DNA from: an uncultured delta proteobacterium
Lineage (GTDB): Bacteria; Desulfobacterota; Desulfobacteria; Desulfobacterales; UBA2156
Direction of reading: 5' to 3'
Length of the DNA stretch: 64,000 nt
Assembly: GCA_963736855.1 (NCBI GenBank)
Contig: CAVTQK010000009.1
Location: 576,001-640,000 of the forward strand
In this document: positions 52,293 through 62,842 of the stretch, one piece after another
Numbering within the stretch: the first letter of the stretch is position 1
Layout: each line of letters starts with the position of its first letter
Program-made: the position numbers and the translations under genes
Notes under the pieces: model-generated
The model's input: the letters and a program-made list of their open reading frames with translations, nothing else
The model's database searches: none
Told to the model about the DNA's origin: nothing

Positions 52293-52449
52293 TTGATGGC
52301 TTCGCAAAAAGTCCAAAATCAGATGGCAAAGTAAAAAGTTCAAGTTCAAGGCGTCGCGAATCCCGTGTGATGAGGCGTACTTATCGTACGTCGAAATCGC
52401 AACGGGATGAAGCGCAACGCAGAAATTGGACTTTTTACGAAGCCATCAA
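52293..52449 (+). mobile_element. ~155-bp MITE/REP-like element, copy with best terminal inverted repeats
   Basis: ttgatggcttcgcaaaaagtcca ... tggactttttacgaagccatcaa. Confidence 0.88.
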
Positions 52450-52556
52450 TTTAAAAAATCAATTGCTTTCGGTATCACTACGAAGGAACCAAGTTGTTGA
52501 CCCCTTATTACGCATCCTGTAATAAGATTGACAACAGCTTTGTGAAAGGAACCTCA

Positions 52557-52730
52557 ATGAATCGCATACAGACCTTCATCCTTCGGGCTGTCTTGGGACT
52601 TGTCTTGTCTGTCCTCATCGATAAAATGTTTTTTGGGCAAATCAATCCCGTTCGCGTTGGATTTTTGGCCTCGCTGATGGTGATGATGGCCTATGTGACG
52701 GAATACCTGCGATTGCGAAAAAAGCAATAG
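52557..52730 (+). CDS. Small two-TM membrane protein
   Basis: AAGGA RBS, two hydrophobic segments, basic C-terminus. Confidence 0.65.
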   Translation: MNRIQTFILRAVLGLVLSVLIDKMFFGQINPVRVGFLASLMVMMAYVTEYLRLRKKQ

Positions 52731-52781
52731 TCCGGATGGCTGTACCCTCTCGAATTTGAAAACGGAGGTAATCTAACCCCC

Positions 52782-54713
52782 TTGAAACGAATCATACTCG
52801 GCACGGCCGGACACATTGATCACGGAAAAACAAGTCTGATCAAGGCGCTGACCGGCATCGACACGGACCGACTCAAGGAAGAAAAACTCCGCGGGATCAC
52901 CATTGAATTGGGATTTGCCTTCATGGATATCCCCGGAGGTTACCACCTCGGTATCGTGGATGTCCCGGGACACGAGCGCTTTGTGAAACATATGGTGGCC
53001 GGCGCCACAGGGATCGACCTGGTCATCATGGTCATCGCAGCCGATGAAGGGGTCATGCCCCAGACCATTGAACATATGGAGATCTGCACCCTTCTCGGTA
53101 TCCGATACGGTCTTGTTGCCCTGACCAAAATCGATATGGTGGATGAGGAGTGGCTCGAATTGGCCCAGGAGGACATCCGCGCATTCATCCGGGGGACTTT
53201 TCTGGAGAAGGCGCCCATCCTTCCGATTTCCTCTGCGACCGGCCAGGGTCTTTCGGAGCTGCAGAAGGCCATTGGCGCTTTGTGCGCTATCATTCCCGAT
53301 CGACCGGAGTTTTCTCTCTTACGTATCCCCATAGACCGTGTCTTCACCATGAAGGGTTTCGGAACGGTGATCACCGGGACACTGATCTCCGGCCGGGTGG
53401 AACTGGGAGAGGTTGTGACTATTTATCCTTCCGGCGTTTCAGCGAAAGTGAGGGGGATCCAGGTGCATAACGACAGCGTCACTGCCGCCGAAGCCGGAAT
53501 GCGCACCGCCATCAATCTGCAGGGTGTGGAAAAATCGGCCATTGAAAGAGGGGAAATCATCGCCAGGCCGGGTACCCTGAAGCCCTCGTATATGATCGAT
53601 GTTCAACTCCATTTTCTAAAAAGCAACTCGAAACCGATTAAAGACCACACCCGGGTACGTCTGCACACCGGAACCAGCGAAGTGATCGGAAATTTGATCC
53701 TTTTGGATTGCGATGAGCTTTCGCCGGGGGATACGACGGTGGCTCAGATCCGCCTGGAAATGCCGATCACCGGTGTTAAGGGAGACCGTTTCGTTATCAG
53801 AAGCTATTCACCGGTCCGCACCATCGGAGGCGGGAGGATCCTGAACCCCATTCCGCAAAAGCACAAGCGATTCAAAACTGAAATCATTTCGAGGCTTCGA
53901 GGTCTTATTGAAGACCCTCCTGAAAAGATTGTTTTATACCACGCCCTCGAATCCGGTTTGACCGGCATCGGTTTTCAAGACCTGATCCTCATGACCGCCA
54001 TTACGGAAAAAGCCCTCCAACGGATTCTGGAGCTATGCTTGTCGAAAAGACAGGTCCTCCTTTTGGACAAAGAAAACCGCACCTTTCTGCATGCCGATAA
54101 TTTCGAAAGGTTCAAGTCGGAAATCGTCAACCATCTGAAGCGCTATCATCAGCAATATCCCTTGAAAACCGGAATGCCCAAGGAAGAACTCCGTTCACGG
54201 TTCCCGAAAGCTGTCCACCCCAAGGCATTTCACATGGCCATCAGCGAAATGATCGAGAAAAAGCAGATAGTTCAGGAAGAACAATCCATCCGCATCGCCT
54301 CCCATACGGTGGCCCTCGGAAAGGACCAGCAAGTACTGCAAAACCGGATCCTGGATGCCTATGAAAAATCCGGACTCATGCCCCCTTATTTCAGCGAGCT
54401 GTGTAAGGACCTGGACGTGGATCCTAAGAAAGCCGGAGAGATCCTTTTGGTTCTGGTTGACGAGGGGCGCCTGATTAAAGTAAAAGAGAATTTATTCTTC
54501 GGCACAGGAATCATTGAGGATCTAATGAGCCGCCTGAAGGCCTTTTTTCAGGACCACGAGGAGATCTCGACCCCTCAATTTAAAGAGATGACCGGTGCAT
54601 CGAGGAAATTTGTGATCCCGCTTCTGGAATACTTCGATGCAAAAAACATCACCATAAGGGTTGGAGACGCCCGCAAACTCAGGATTAAACCCGACAAGCA
54701 GGAAAGAATGTAA
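52782..54713 (+). CDS. selB: Selenocysteine-specific translation elongation factor SelB
   Basis: [29 protein letters not shown]-terminal [13 protein letters not shown]. Confidence 0.97.
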   Translation: MKRIILGTAGHIDHGKTSLIKALTGIDTDRLKEEKLRGITIELGFAFMDIPGGYHLGIVDVPGHERFVKHMVAGATGIDLVIMVIAADEGVMPQTIEHMEICTLLGIRYGLVALTKIDMVDEEWLELAQEDIRAFIRGTFLEKAPILPISSATGQGLSELQKAIGALCAIIPDRPEFSLLRIPIDRVFTMKGFGTVITGTLISGRVELGEVVTIYPSGVSAKVRGIQVHNDSVTAAEAGMRTAINLQGVEKSAIERGEIIARPGTLKPSYMIDVQLHFLKSNSKPIKDHTRVRLHTGTSEVIGNLILLDCDELSPGDTTVAQIRLEMPITGVKGDRFVIRSYSPVRTIGGGRILNPIPQKHKRFKTEIISRLRGLIEDPPEKIVLYHALESGLTGIGFQDLILMTAITEKALQRILELCLSKRQVLLLDKENRTFLHADNFERFKSEIVNHLKRYHQQYPLKTGMPKEELRSRFPKAVHPKAFHMAISEMIEKKQIVQEEQSIRIASHTVALGKDQQVLQNRILDAYEKSGLMPPYFSELCKDLDVDPKKAGEILLVLVDEGRLIKVKENLFFGTGIIEDLMSRLKAFFQDHEEISTPQFKEMTGASRKFVIPLLEYFDAKNITIRVGDARKLRIKPDKQERM

Positions 54714-54717
54714 TACC

Positions 54718-55926
54718 ATGGAGAACCCAAACACCGAATCCACAGGGCAGGAAGACAAAAAAGCTTTCAAACGATTTGCAGCAAAGCGCATGGTCATCGG
54801 AATTCTTTCTACCGTGGCCGCTCTCTGGATTCTCGGCACGATAATGGGATATTTTTCCGGCCAAAAAGAAAGTGTTCAGGAGCCCGCATCCCACTCCGAT
54901 ACAGCCTCGTCCGAAAAATCGACCATCCCCTTATCCCACAACGATCCGGGCACGCAGCCCGTTCTTCATGAAAAGCCGGAGCAACCGGCCGGTCATACGG
55001 TTTCAGCTTTGGAAGTTCCCCATGGCGCCCAGCAGCTCCGGGACGTAACCGGACAGCCTCCGGGGATTCAGCCCAAAATCAATATCGATTCAAAGCATCC
55101 TGACGTTTCGGCAGAACATGAGACCTCCGCCTCCGAAGGACATGAAACTCAATCCCCTGTTCAGGTGAGGTTTCCGGTCAGGGGAATGGCTCTTGTCGAT
55201 GCTGTCATTAAGCCGCTGGAACATGAACTGGAAGAACGGTTTTGGGGGTGGCGTCCCAACGACCTGATCCAGTTCACGGACAACGTAAATAACTTCCAGA
55301 TGGGCGTACTCGAAGCCACCCGCCGCACTGCGGTGATCCTGGCGGAAAGGATTTCCCGGACCGGAAGCACGGAGGCATTCGACCGGAACCTGGAAAGCTC
55401 AATGAACTGGTTCATGATCAGTGCTGACAAGTACTGGTTTCCCTCTGCGGAGTCGAAATATAAAGATGGGCTCGAAGAGCTCAAAGTCTTCTTCAAGAAG
55501 CTCGAAAAAAAGCAGGCCTCCTTTTATTCGCGAACCGACAACCTCATCCCGTTACTCATGGTGTACGAAGATCTTCTGGGAAGCTGCGACGAAAACCTCG
55601 TCAAACAGCGGGAAAAAGACGGGACCCGTGTCAGCTTTTTCAGGGCCGACGACTATTTTTATTACGCCAAGGGGGTGGCCAGCGCCATGCTGACCCTCAT
55701 GGAAGCCGTTTCCGTGGATTTCGACGTCACTATAGAATCCCGCAGAGGAACAGAAGTCCTCCATCATGCCATCGAATTTCTGAAGCTTGCCACCCAAATC
55801 GATCCCTGGATCATTTTGAACAACAACCTGAGCGGGTTTTTTGCCAATCATCGGGCCAACATGGCCGCACCCATCAGCCACGCCCGATTTTATCTCAGCG
55901 TCCTGATCAAGACCCTTTCCACTTAG
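54718..55926 (+). CDS. DUF2333 family membrane-anchored protein
   Basis: N-terminal TM, low-complexity linker, WRPND, DNVNNFQ.G, WFPSAES.Y, ANHRAN. Confidence 0.75.
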   Translation: MENPNTESTGQEDKKAFKRFAAKRMVIGILSTVAALWILGTIMGYFSGQKESVQEPASHSDTASSEKSTIPLSHNDPGTQPVLHEKPEQPAGHTVSALEVPHGAQQLRDVTGQPPGIQPKINIDSKHPDVSAEHETSASEGHETQSPVQVRFPVRGMALVDAVIKPLEHELEERFWGWRPNDLIQFTDNVNNFQMGVLEATRRTAVILAERISRTGSTEAFDRNLESSMNWFMISADKYWFPSAESKYKDGLEELKVFFKKLEKKQASFYSRTDNLIPLLMVYEDLLGSCDENLVKQREKDGTRVSFFRADDYFYYAKGVASAMLTLMEAVSVDFDVTIESRRGTEVLHHAIEFLKLATQIDPWIILNNNLSGFFANHRANMAAPISHARFYLSVLIKTLST

Positions 55927-55966
55927 TCAGACCGAAAGCGGGGCGTACCCGTGATATGCTATGTCG

Positions 55967-57193
55967 TTATCCGGGTAAGCACGATATAAGTGCTTCCGCA
56001 ACCCCGTCCAGAAAGAGCATCCCGTGCCGGGTGAGGGAAAAACGCTCCGACGAAAAGGTCGCAAACCCTTCCCGTGTCAGGCGTTCAGCCGTCTTTGAAG
56101 TGCAGCCGTAGAACGACAGGCCGAATCGCTTTTCAAAATCTTTCACGGCGATGCCCTCCCGCCTTCTGAGCCCCAAATAGACGGCCTCCATCTGCTGCTG
56201 GATCGTGGAGAGCACCTCTTCACCTCCCACGGGCCGCATGTCCGACCCTGTTGCCTCAAAGTATCCATCGATATCCCGGATGTTCCACCATCGCTTGTTT
56301 TCTCGAAAGGAGTGGGCGCCGGGTCCCAGTCCCGCATAGGAGGCGAATATCCAATATTTCTGGTTATGCCTGGATCGGTTGACACCCGAGACGCCTTCTC
56401 CCATCCGGGCAAAATTGGAAACTTCGTAATGCTCGAACCCGTGATCCTCCAGGTAGCCGGACGTTGTCACAAACAGATCCGCTTGCCGCACCTGGGGCAG
56501 CGGCTCAACTTCTCCGGACTCCCGACGGGCGTAAAGAACCGTTCCCGGTTCATAGGAAAGCAGATAACAGGATAGGTGACTCGGGTTCAAGTCCACGGCT
56601 TTTTTCAAATCCGCAAGCCATACTTGTTCCGTCTGATCGGGAAGACCATAGATCAGGTCGATGCCGATATTCGTAAACCCGGCCCGCCCGGCTCCTTCTA
56701 TTGCCGCCACAGCCTCGGCGTCTGTATGGATGCGCCCAAGAAAAGCCAGGTTTCGGGGACAAAAAGACTGGACGCCGATATTGATCCGATTGATTCCGGC
56801 TCTATGATACTCTCCAAGGCTTTTGGGATCCACGGTACCGGGATTGACTTCCAGCGTGACTTCCGTATCGCTTGAAAATCGGAACCGGTTTCCGGCTTTT
56901 TCCAAAATCTCTCCGATCTCATGAGATGAAAGCAAAGAAGGTGTCCCACCTCCAATATAAATGGAATCAAAGATAAGATCGGTCCAATCCTTTGAAACGA
57001 TCTCCATTTCGTTGAGAACCGACCGAAGATAGGCCGGTTTCAGCTCAAGGTCGGTGACGGAATAAAAATCGCAATATGGGCACTTTTTGAGGCAAAAAGG
57101 AACATGGATGTAAAAACCTGCAGCATCTGCCGCTGCAGCCATGGGGGCTTGCATGAGCCGACCGTTGGATAAGGAGGTCACTTTGAGACCCAA
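55967..57193 (-). CDS. hemW: Radical SAM heme chaperone HemW (HemN-like); start uncertain
   Basis: YIHVPFC..KCPYCDF, GGGTPS, E.NP, DLIYGLP, YEVSNFA, HNQKYW. Confidence 0.93.
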   Translation of the reverse strand: MGLKVTSLSNGRLMQAPMAAAADAAGFYIHVPFCLKKCPYCDFYSVTDLELKPAYLRSVLNEMEIVSKDWTDLIFDSIYIGGGTPSLLSSHEIGEILEKAGNRFRFSSDTEVTLEVNPGTVDPKSLGEYHRAGINRINIGVQSFCPRNLAFLGRIHTDAEAVAAIEGAGRAGFTNIGIDLIYGLPDQTEQVWLADLKKAVDLNPSHLSCYLLSYEPGTVLYARRESGEVEPLPQVRQADLFVTTSGYLEDHGFEHYEVSNFARMGEGVSGVNRSRHNQKYWIFASYAGLGPGAHSFRENKRWWNIRDIDGYFEATGSDMRPVGGEEVLSTIQQQMEAVYLGLRRREGIAVKDFEKRFGLSFYGCTSKTAERLTREGFATFSSERFSLTRHGMLFLDGVAEALISCLPG

Positions 57194-57194
57194 G

Positions 57195-57740
57195 TTATAA
57201 TCGGGGCTCCTGGCTCATGGCCACCCCGAGTTCAAGGGCCTGGACATTGATGTCCAGAAAGCCGGGCGGAATGCGATCTTGAAGCACCTTCAGAATAGAT
57301 TCGGATTTGATGACCTGAGTGAGTCCCACAACGGCTCCCAGCATGCAGATATTGAAAACGATGGGCTTACCTATTTTTTCCATGACCTGTTGATACATGG
57401 GAAGCTCGATTTGCCGGGCATCCACCTTCCGCTCAATTTTGACGTACCGGATATCGGTGATGAGGAGCCCCCCGGGACGAATGATGGTATAAAATTTATT
57501 ATAGGCTTCCTGCGTCAGACAGACCAGAACATTAGGCTCATTGGCTTTGGGGAAATGGATCTCGCTATCCCAGATGATGACATCGGTTCGTGTGGCGCCC
57601 CCCCGGGCCTCCGGTCCGTAGGACTGGGACTGGACAGCCATCAGGTCCTCATAGAGCACCGCGGCCTCGGCCAGGATAATGGCCGCGGTGATCACCCCCT
57701 GACCCCCTGAACCGGAAAAGACCATCCTGCATCGATTCAT
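57195..57740 (-). CDS. korC: 2-oxoglutarate:ferredoxin oxidoreductase gamma subunit
   Basis: SGSGGQG, QSYGPEARGG; operon with icd and acnA. Confidence 0.85.
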   Translation of the reverse strand: MNRCRMVFSGSGGQGVITAAIILAEAAVLYEDLMAVQSQSYGPEARGGATRTDVIIWDSEIHFPKANEPNVLVCLTQEAYNKFYTIIRPGGLLITDIRYVKIERKVDARQIELPMYQQVMEKIGKPIVFNICMLGAVVGLTQVIKSESILKVLQDRIPPGFLDINVQALELGVAMSQEPRL

Positions 57741-57753
57741 GCCGCAAATTTCC

Positions 57754-58560
57754 TCATTTGCCTCGGGTTTTGGCCCGTTCAATAATCTTATCGTATTCCC
57801 GGCAGTATTCCGACCTCTCCTTCTGGACAAATATGCCGCGCTCGATAAGATCCGGGTTTTCCTTTTTCGCTTTAGAACCTAAAGGCGTGGTGTGATCCCT
57901 GTAGTAGGCCATCATTTCCACGGCGCTTCCCATCTTGTTTTTTCTCCCGAAATAGGTGGGGCACTGGGACAGAATTTCCACCACTGAAAAACCTTCATGC
58001 AGGATGGCTTTTTTAAAAACATCGATCATCTGCTGCACATGGTAGGTGGTGGTGCGTGCCACGAAGGTGGCCCCGGCGGCAATGGAAAGCTCGACCACAT
58101 CGAAGTCATAATCGATGTTCGTATAAGGCGCGGTGGTGGCCAAGGTGCCGTATCCGGACAAAGGACTGTATTGTCCGCCGGTCATCCCGTAAATCCGGTT
58201 GTTCATAATGATGGCCGTCATCTCGATGTTGCGCCGGGCTGCATGGATAAAGTGATTCCCTCCGATGGCCAGGGCGTCTCCATCCCCCATGGGAATAATG
58301 ATGTTGAGTTCCGGGAGCCCCATCTTGACACCCGTGGCAAAGGCCAGAGCCCGGCCGTGGAGTGTGTGCAATGTGTGAAAATCGAGGTACCCCGATATTC
58401 GGGAGGAGCACCCGATGCCCGACACCATGACGATTTCGTTTTTGCTCAGGCCCAGACCCTCAATGGCCCGAATCAGGGCGTTCATCACGATTCCGTGGCC
58501 ACAACCCGGACACCACATATGGGGGAAAAAGCGTTCCCGAATGTAATCTTTGAGCGGCAT
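57754..58560 (-). CDS. korB: 2-oxoglutarate:ferredoxin oxidoreductase beta subunit
   Basis: WCPGCGHG, GDGD..IGGNH, NNRIYGMTGGQ.SP. Confidence 0.88.
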   Translation of the reverse strand: MPLKDYIRERFFPHMWCPGCGHGIVMNALIRAIEGLGLSKNEIVMVSGIGCSSRISGYLDFHTLHTLHGRALAFATGVKMGLPELNIIIPMGDGDALAIGGNHFIHAARRNIEMTAIIMNNRIYGMTGGQYSPLSGYGTLATTAPYTNIDYDFDVVELSIAAGATFVARTTTYHVQQMIDVFKKAILHEGFSVVEILSQCPTYFGRKNKMGSAVEMMAYYRDHTTPLGSKAKKENPDLIERGIFVQKERSEYCREYDKIIERAKTRGK

Positions 58561-58564
58561 CCCT

Positions 58565-59713
58565 TTAAACCCCTTTTCCCTGGATCACCCGTAGGATGTT
58601 ACGGATATCCGTGGGCGTAATGAGTGATCCATCGATTCGATTGGCCAAAAAAACTTTTTCCGGATCTTCCACCGCCAGTTTGACGGTCTGCAGGATCTGC
58701 CCCATATTCATCTCCACCACCAGGACGATCTCCGGAGCCTTGCACCGATCGCGGATCAGATCGACCGGAAACGGCCATAAAGTCTGAAGCTCCAGAAGGC
58801 CAACCCTCTCTCCTCGGGGTCGTCGGTTTTGGACTACATGCAACGCGCTTCTCGCCGAGGATCCGTAGGAGATGAGCAGGACCTGGGCGTCATCCACAAA
58901 ATATTCCTTGCACCGGGCGATTCGATTCGTGTTGTTGTTGATCTTATCTATGAGATGTCGCAACAATCCCTGGACTACACCGGGATTATTCGATGGAAAC
59001 CCCCACATGTCATGGAACAGCCCGGTCACATTGTAGCGGTGCACCCCGCCGAAGTCCGACATGGGAAGACGGCCATCCTCCCGGGGAAGATACGGATGAT
59101 AATCGACACCTTCCGGCACGGAGGTGCGCAGCCGTTCGAGCAGGGGGATCTCGTCTTTCTCGGGCAGAATCAGACGCTCACGCATGTGCCCGACCACCTC
59201 GTCGAAAAGGAGGATCACCGGGGTCCGGTAAGTCTCCGCCAGGTTGAAGGCCTCCACGGTCATGAGGAAGACGTCCTGATGATTGGAAGCGGTAAGGGCG
59301 ATCACGGCGTGATCTCCATGGGTTCCCCACCGGGCCTGGTTGACGTCCCCTTGAGAAACACTGGTGGGAAGCCCGGTGGACGGTCCCCCCCGCTGGACGT
59401 TTACGATCACACAGGGAATCTCCGTCATGATGGCATATCCCAGGGCCTCTTGCATCAGGGAAAATCCCGGACCGCTCGTGGCCGTCATCACCTTGTGGCC
59501 GGTCAGTGACGCTCCGATGATGGCGCAAATGGAGGCGATTTCGTCTTCCATCTGGATGAACTTGCCGCCTCGCTGCGGAAGCCGGTAGGACAGATGTTCG
59601 GCGATCTCCGTGGAGGGGGTAATCGGGTATCCGGCGAAAAAATCGAGACCGGCGTAAAGCGCCCCTTCGACACAAGCTTCGTTTCCCTGAACAAACTTGA
59701 TGTTTTTCTTCAT
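58565..59713 (-). CDS. korA: 2-oxoglutarate:ferredoxin oxidoreductase alpha subunit
   Basis: GNEA, GYPITPS, QMEDEI, QRGGPSTG. Confidence 0.88.
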   Translation of the reverse strand: MKKNIKFVQGNEACVEGALYAGLDFFAGYPITPSTEIAEHLSYRLPQRGGKFIQMEDEIASICAIIGASLTGHKVMTATSGPGFSLMQEALGYAIMTEIPCVIVNVQRGGPSTGLPTSVSQGDVNQARWGTHGDHAVIALTASNHQDVFLMTVEAFNLAETYRTPVILLFDEVVGHMRERLILPEKDEIPLLERLRTSVPEGVDYHPYLPREDGRLPMSDFGGVHRYNVTGLFHDMWGFPSNNPGVVQGLLRHLIDKINNNTNRIARCKEYFVDDAQVLLISYGSSARSALHVVQNRRPRGERVGLLELQTLWPFPVDLIRDRCKAPEIVLVVEMNMGQILQTVKLAVEDPEKVFLANRIDGSLITPTDIRNILRVIQGKGV

Positions 59714-59928
59714 TCAGAACCCTCCGGCTCCACAACCACTTCGATGGCGAGGTCAGGGCACCTGAGTTCACAAAGCCGGCAACAGATACAGTCCTGGGGC
59801 CGCTCAACGCTGACTTTGTCCTGTGCATTCAGTTCCAGCACCGACTTCGGGCAAAATGCCACGCAAATCCCGCACCCTTTGCACCAATCTGTCTGGATGC
59901 GATGTTCTTTCAATTTCGGCTTGGCCAT
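59710..59928 (-). CDS. korD: 2-oxoglutarate:ferredoxin oxidoreductase delta subunit (4Fe-4S dicluster)
   Basis: CKGCGICVAFCP, CICCRLCELRCPD. Confidence 0.88.
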   Translation of the reverse strand: MAKPKLKEHRIQTDWCKGCGICVAFCPKSVLELNAQDKVSVERPQDCICCRLCELRCPDLAIEVVVEPEGSE

Positions 59929-60028
59929 CTATATCCTTTTGTTCCTGGAAACCGTTCTTCTTTCAGGTTTTCATCGCCCGAATACCGGTTAAAAGGTTGA
60001 GTTACCCTACCACGTCCCGACGCTGTTT

Positions 60029-62779
60029 TCAATCGGCGGCTTTCAGAATTTTTCTTACGACATACGGCAGGATGCCGCCATGCAGGAAATAGCTCACCTC
60101 GATGGGCGTATCGAGTCGAGCGATGACCGGAAACCGAACCATCGATCCATCTTCTTTCACGGCCGTCACCTCGAGTCTCTCACGGGGCTGAACCGATGCG
60201 ATTCCCCGGACGGAAATGATTTCGGACCCGCAAAGCTTCAGCGTTTCGAGTGCCCCTTTTTCGGCAAAAGCGAGGGGCAAAACCCCCATCCCCACCAGGT
60301 TGCTCCTGTGGATCCGCTCGAAGGATTCAGCAATCACGGCACGAACACCCAGAAGCCGGGTCCCTTTTGCCGCCCAATCCCGGGATGAACCGGTCCCGTA
60401 TTCTTTCCCGGCTAAAACAACAAGGGGAATTCCTTCTTTTTCATAGGCTTGAGCGGCATCGAAGACAGCCATCTCTCTTTTTTCCGGAAACTTGAGGGTA
60501 AAGCCCCCTTCCTTCGGCGCCACCAGCTTGTTCTTGATCCGGATATTGCCGAACGTTCCCCGTATCATCACCTCATGATTCCCCCTGCGGGCTCCATAGG
60601 AGTTGAAATCCACGGGGGAAACACCTTGATCCATGAGGTATCGGCCGGCCGGAGAACTGCTGGGAATCGTGCCGGCCGGAGAAATATGGTCGGTAGTCAC
60701 CGAATCCCCGACGTACAAAAGCACCCGGGCGTCATCGATGTCCTTTGAATCTTCCCTCTCCATTCTGAACCCTTCGAAATATGGCGGCTCTTTGATGTAG
60801 GTCGATCCTTGGGCCCACGGGAATGTGGTGCTCTTTCCCGCCGACATCTCCTTCCAGAACGCATCCCCTTTAAAAATCCGGCGATAGGTCTTTTGAAAAA
60901 ATCGCCTCTTGACGTGGCGTTCGATGAGCTGTTGCACCATTTCTTTGGAAGGCCAGATGTCTTTCAGGTATACCGGTTCACCGTTGGGATCCAATCCGAT
61001 GGGCTCTTGGGTCAAATCGATATCGATCCTCCCGGCAAGTGCGAAACAAACAACGAGCATGGGGGAGGCTAAAAAATTGGCCCGCACTTTCTGGTGGATC
61101 CGGGCCTCGAAGTTCCGGTTTCCGGAAAGGACCGCAGCCACCGTAAGGTGATGTTCGTTGATGACCTTTTCGATTTCCGGGTGCAGGGGGCCGCTGTTGC
61201 CGATGCAGGTTGTGCACCCGAAACCCGCCACATGGAAGCCCAGCGCCTCAAGATACGGGAGAAGGCCCGCGGCCTTCAGGTAATCCTCCACCACCCTGGA
61301 CCCGGGAGCCAACGAGGTTTTAACCGAGAGAGGGATTTTCAGGCCCTTCTCCACAGCGGCCTTGGCCAGGAGACCGGCTCCAATGAGGACTTCGGGATTG
61401 GAGGTGTTGGTACAGCTCGTGATGGCGGCGATAACGACACTTCCGTCTCCAATGCTATCCTTTTTCCCGTGGATATCCACTTCGAAGACACGCCGGTCGG
61501 TAGGACGGCAGTCCGAAGGCGATATACTTGGGCTCCCCGATTCATCTCGGAACATAGACATCAGGGTCGGATCGGCATCCCGTTTATAAGCGCACCCCAT
61601 CAAATCGACAAAAACGGCCTTCAGCTTTTGGATCTCGATCCGGTCCTGGGGTCTTGCAGGTCCCGCAACAGCGGGGCGCACGGAAGAGAGATCCAGTTCC
61701 AGGACCTCCGAATAACGCACCCTGCGCTCCTCCAAGTCAAAAAAGCCGCACGCCCTGGTGTATGTCTCCACGATCTGCGCATGGTTTTTTCCCCGGGTCA
61801 GCACGAGATAATCGATTGTCATTTCGTCGATGGGAAATAAATTGATGGTGGCACCGCATTCGGGGCTCATGTTGGAGATGGTGGCGCGCTGTGGCACAGT
61901 GAGGGTTTTCACTCCCGGCCCGAAATATTCTACGAACTTCTCCACCACTCCTTTTTTTCGCAACATCTCTGTGATGGCAAGAACAAGGTCCGTGGCTGTG
62001 GCTCCCGGACCGAGGGCTCCGGACATGCGGACTCCGATGACCTCAGGAATGGCCATGAAATAGGGTTGTCCGAGCATTACCCCTTCCGCCTCAATGCCAC
62101 CCACGCCCCACCCCACCACGCCGATGCCGTTGATCATGGTCGTGTGGGAATCGGTCCCGACCAGGGTGTCCGGGAAGGCCAGCAAACCGTCACCCTCCTT
62201 TTGAGTCACAACTACTCTTCCCAGGTGTTCGAGGTTGACCTGGTGGCAGATCCCCGAGTTGGGGGGGACCACCTTGAAGTTTCCAAAGCTTTTCTGTGCC
62301 CACTTCAAGAGGGCGTAGCGCTCCCGATTCTGCTTGTATTCCCTAGCCACGTTCTTTTTCAGGGCGTCGGCCGTGCCGAAATAATCAAGCTGGATAGAGT
62401 GATCGACGACAAGCTCTACGGGGATGAGGGGGTTGATCGCTTTGGGGTCTTTCCCCAAGTCTCGGACGGCGTCGCGCATAGCGGCAAGATCCACCACGGC
62501 CGGAACCCCGGTGAAATCCTGCATAAGGACCCGGGCCGGATGAAAGGGGATCTCCACCGGTGCATCATACCGACCGGCCCATCGGGCGATCTTTTCAAGG
62601 TCCGCATCGGTCACCACCGCTCCGTCGAGATGCCGAAGCAGGTTCTCACATAACATTCGGATGGAAAAAGGCAATTCGGAGATATGACCGATCCCCTTTT
62701 CTTCTAGCGCCAAGATGTTATAGTAATGGATGGATGCCCCGTTGACTCGGATCGTCTTTACGAACTCGTTTTTATTCAA
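60029..62779 (-). CDS. acnA: Aconitate hydratase A
   Basis: RVLMQDFTGVP, DHS, GTDSHT, ITSCTNTSNP, GCTTCIGNSG, SGNRNFE, TTDHISPAG, GSSRDWAAKG. Confidence 0.97.
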   Translation of the reverse strand: MNKNEFVKTIRVNGASIHYYNILALEEKGIGHISELPFSIRMLCENLLRHLDGAVVTDADLEKIARWAGRYDAPVEIPFHPARVLMQDFTGVPAVVDLAAMRDAVRDLGKDPKAINPLIPVELVVDHSIQLDYFGTADALKKNVAREYKQNRERYALLKWAQKSFGNFKVVPPNSGICHQVNLEHLGRVVVTQKEGDGLLAFPDTLVGTDSHTTMINGIGVVGWGVGGIEAEGVMLGQPYFMAIPEVIGVRMSGALGPGATATDLVLAITEMLRKKGVVEKFVEYFGPGVKTLTVPQRATISNMSPECGATINLFPIDEMTIDYLVLTRGKNHAQIVETYTRACGFFDLEERRVRYSEVLELDLSSVRPAVAGPARPQDRIEIQKLKAVFVDLMGCAYKRDADPTLMSMFRDESGSPSISPSDCRPTDRRVFEVDIHGKKDSIGDGSVVIAAITSCTNTSNPEVLIGAGLLAKAAVEKGLKIPLSVKTSLAPGSRVVEDYLKAAGLLPYLEALGFHVAGFGCTTCIGNSGPLHPEIEKVINEHHLTVAAVLSGNRNFEARIHQKVRANFLASPMLVVCFALAGRIDIDLTQEPIGLDPNGEPVYLKDIWPSKEMVQQLIERHVKRRFFQKTYRRIFKGDAFWKEMSAGKSTTFPWAQGSTYIKEPPYFEGFRMEREDSKDIDDARVLLYVGDSVTTDHISPAGTIPSSSPAGRYLMDQGVSPVDFNSYGARRGNHEVMIRGTFGNIRIKNKLVAPKEGGFTLKFPEKREMAVFDAAQAYEKEGIPLVVLAGKEYGTGSSRDWAAKGTRLLGVRAVIAESFERIHRSNLVGMGVLPLAFAEKGALETLKLCGSEIISVRGIASVQPRERLEVTAVKEDGSMVRFPVIARLDTPIEVSYFLHGGILPYVVRKILKAAD

Positions 62780-62842
62780 TATCGCCTCCTACCTCATACC
62801 CGTGGATTCTTCTTCTAAATCTACTTGCACTTTATGCCTCCA

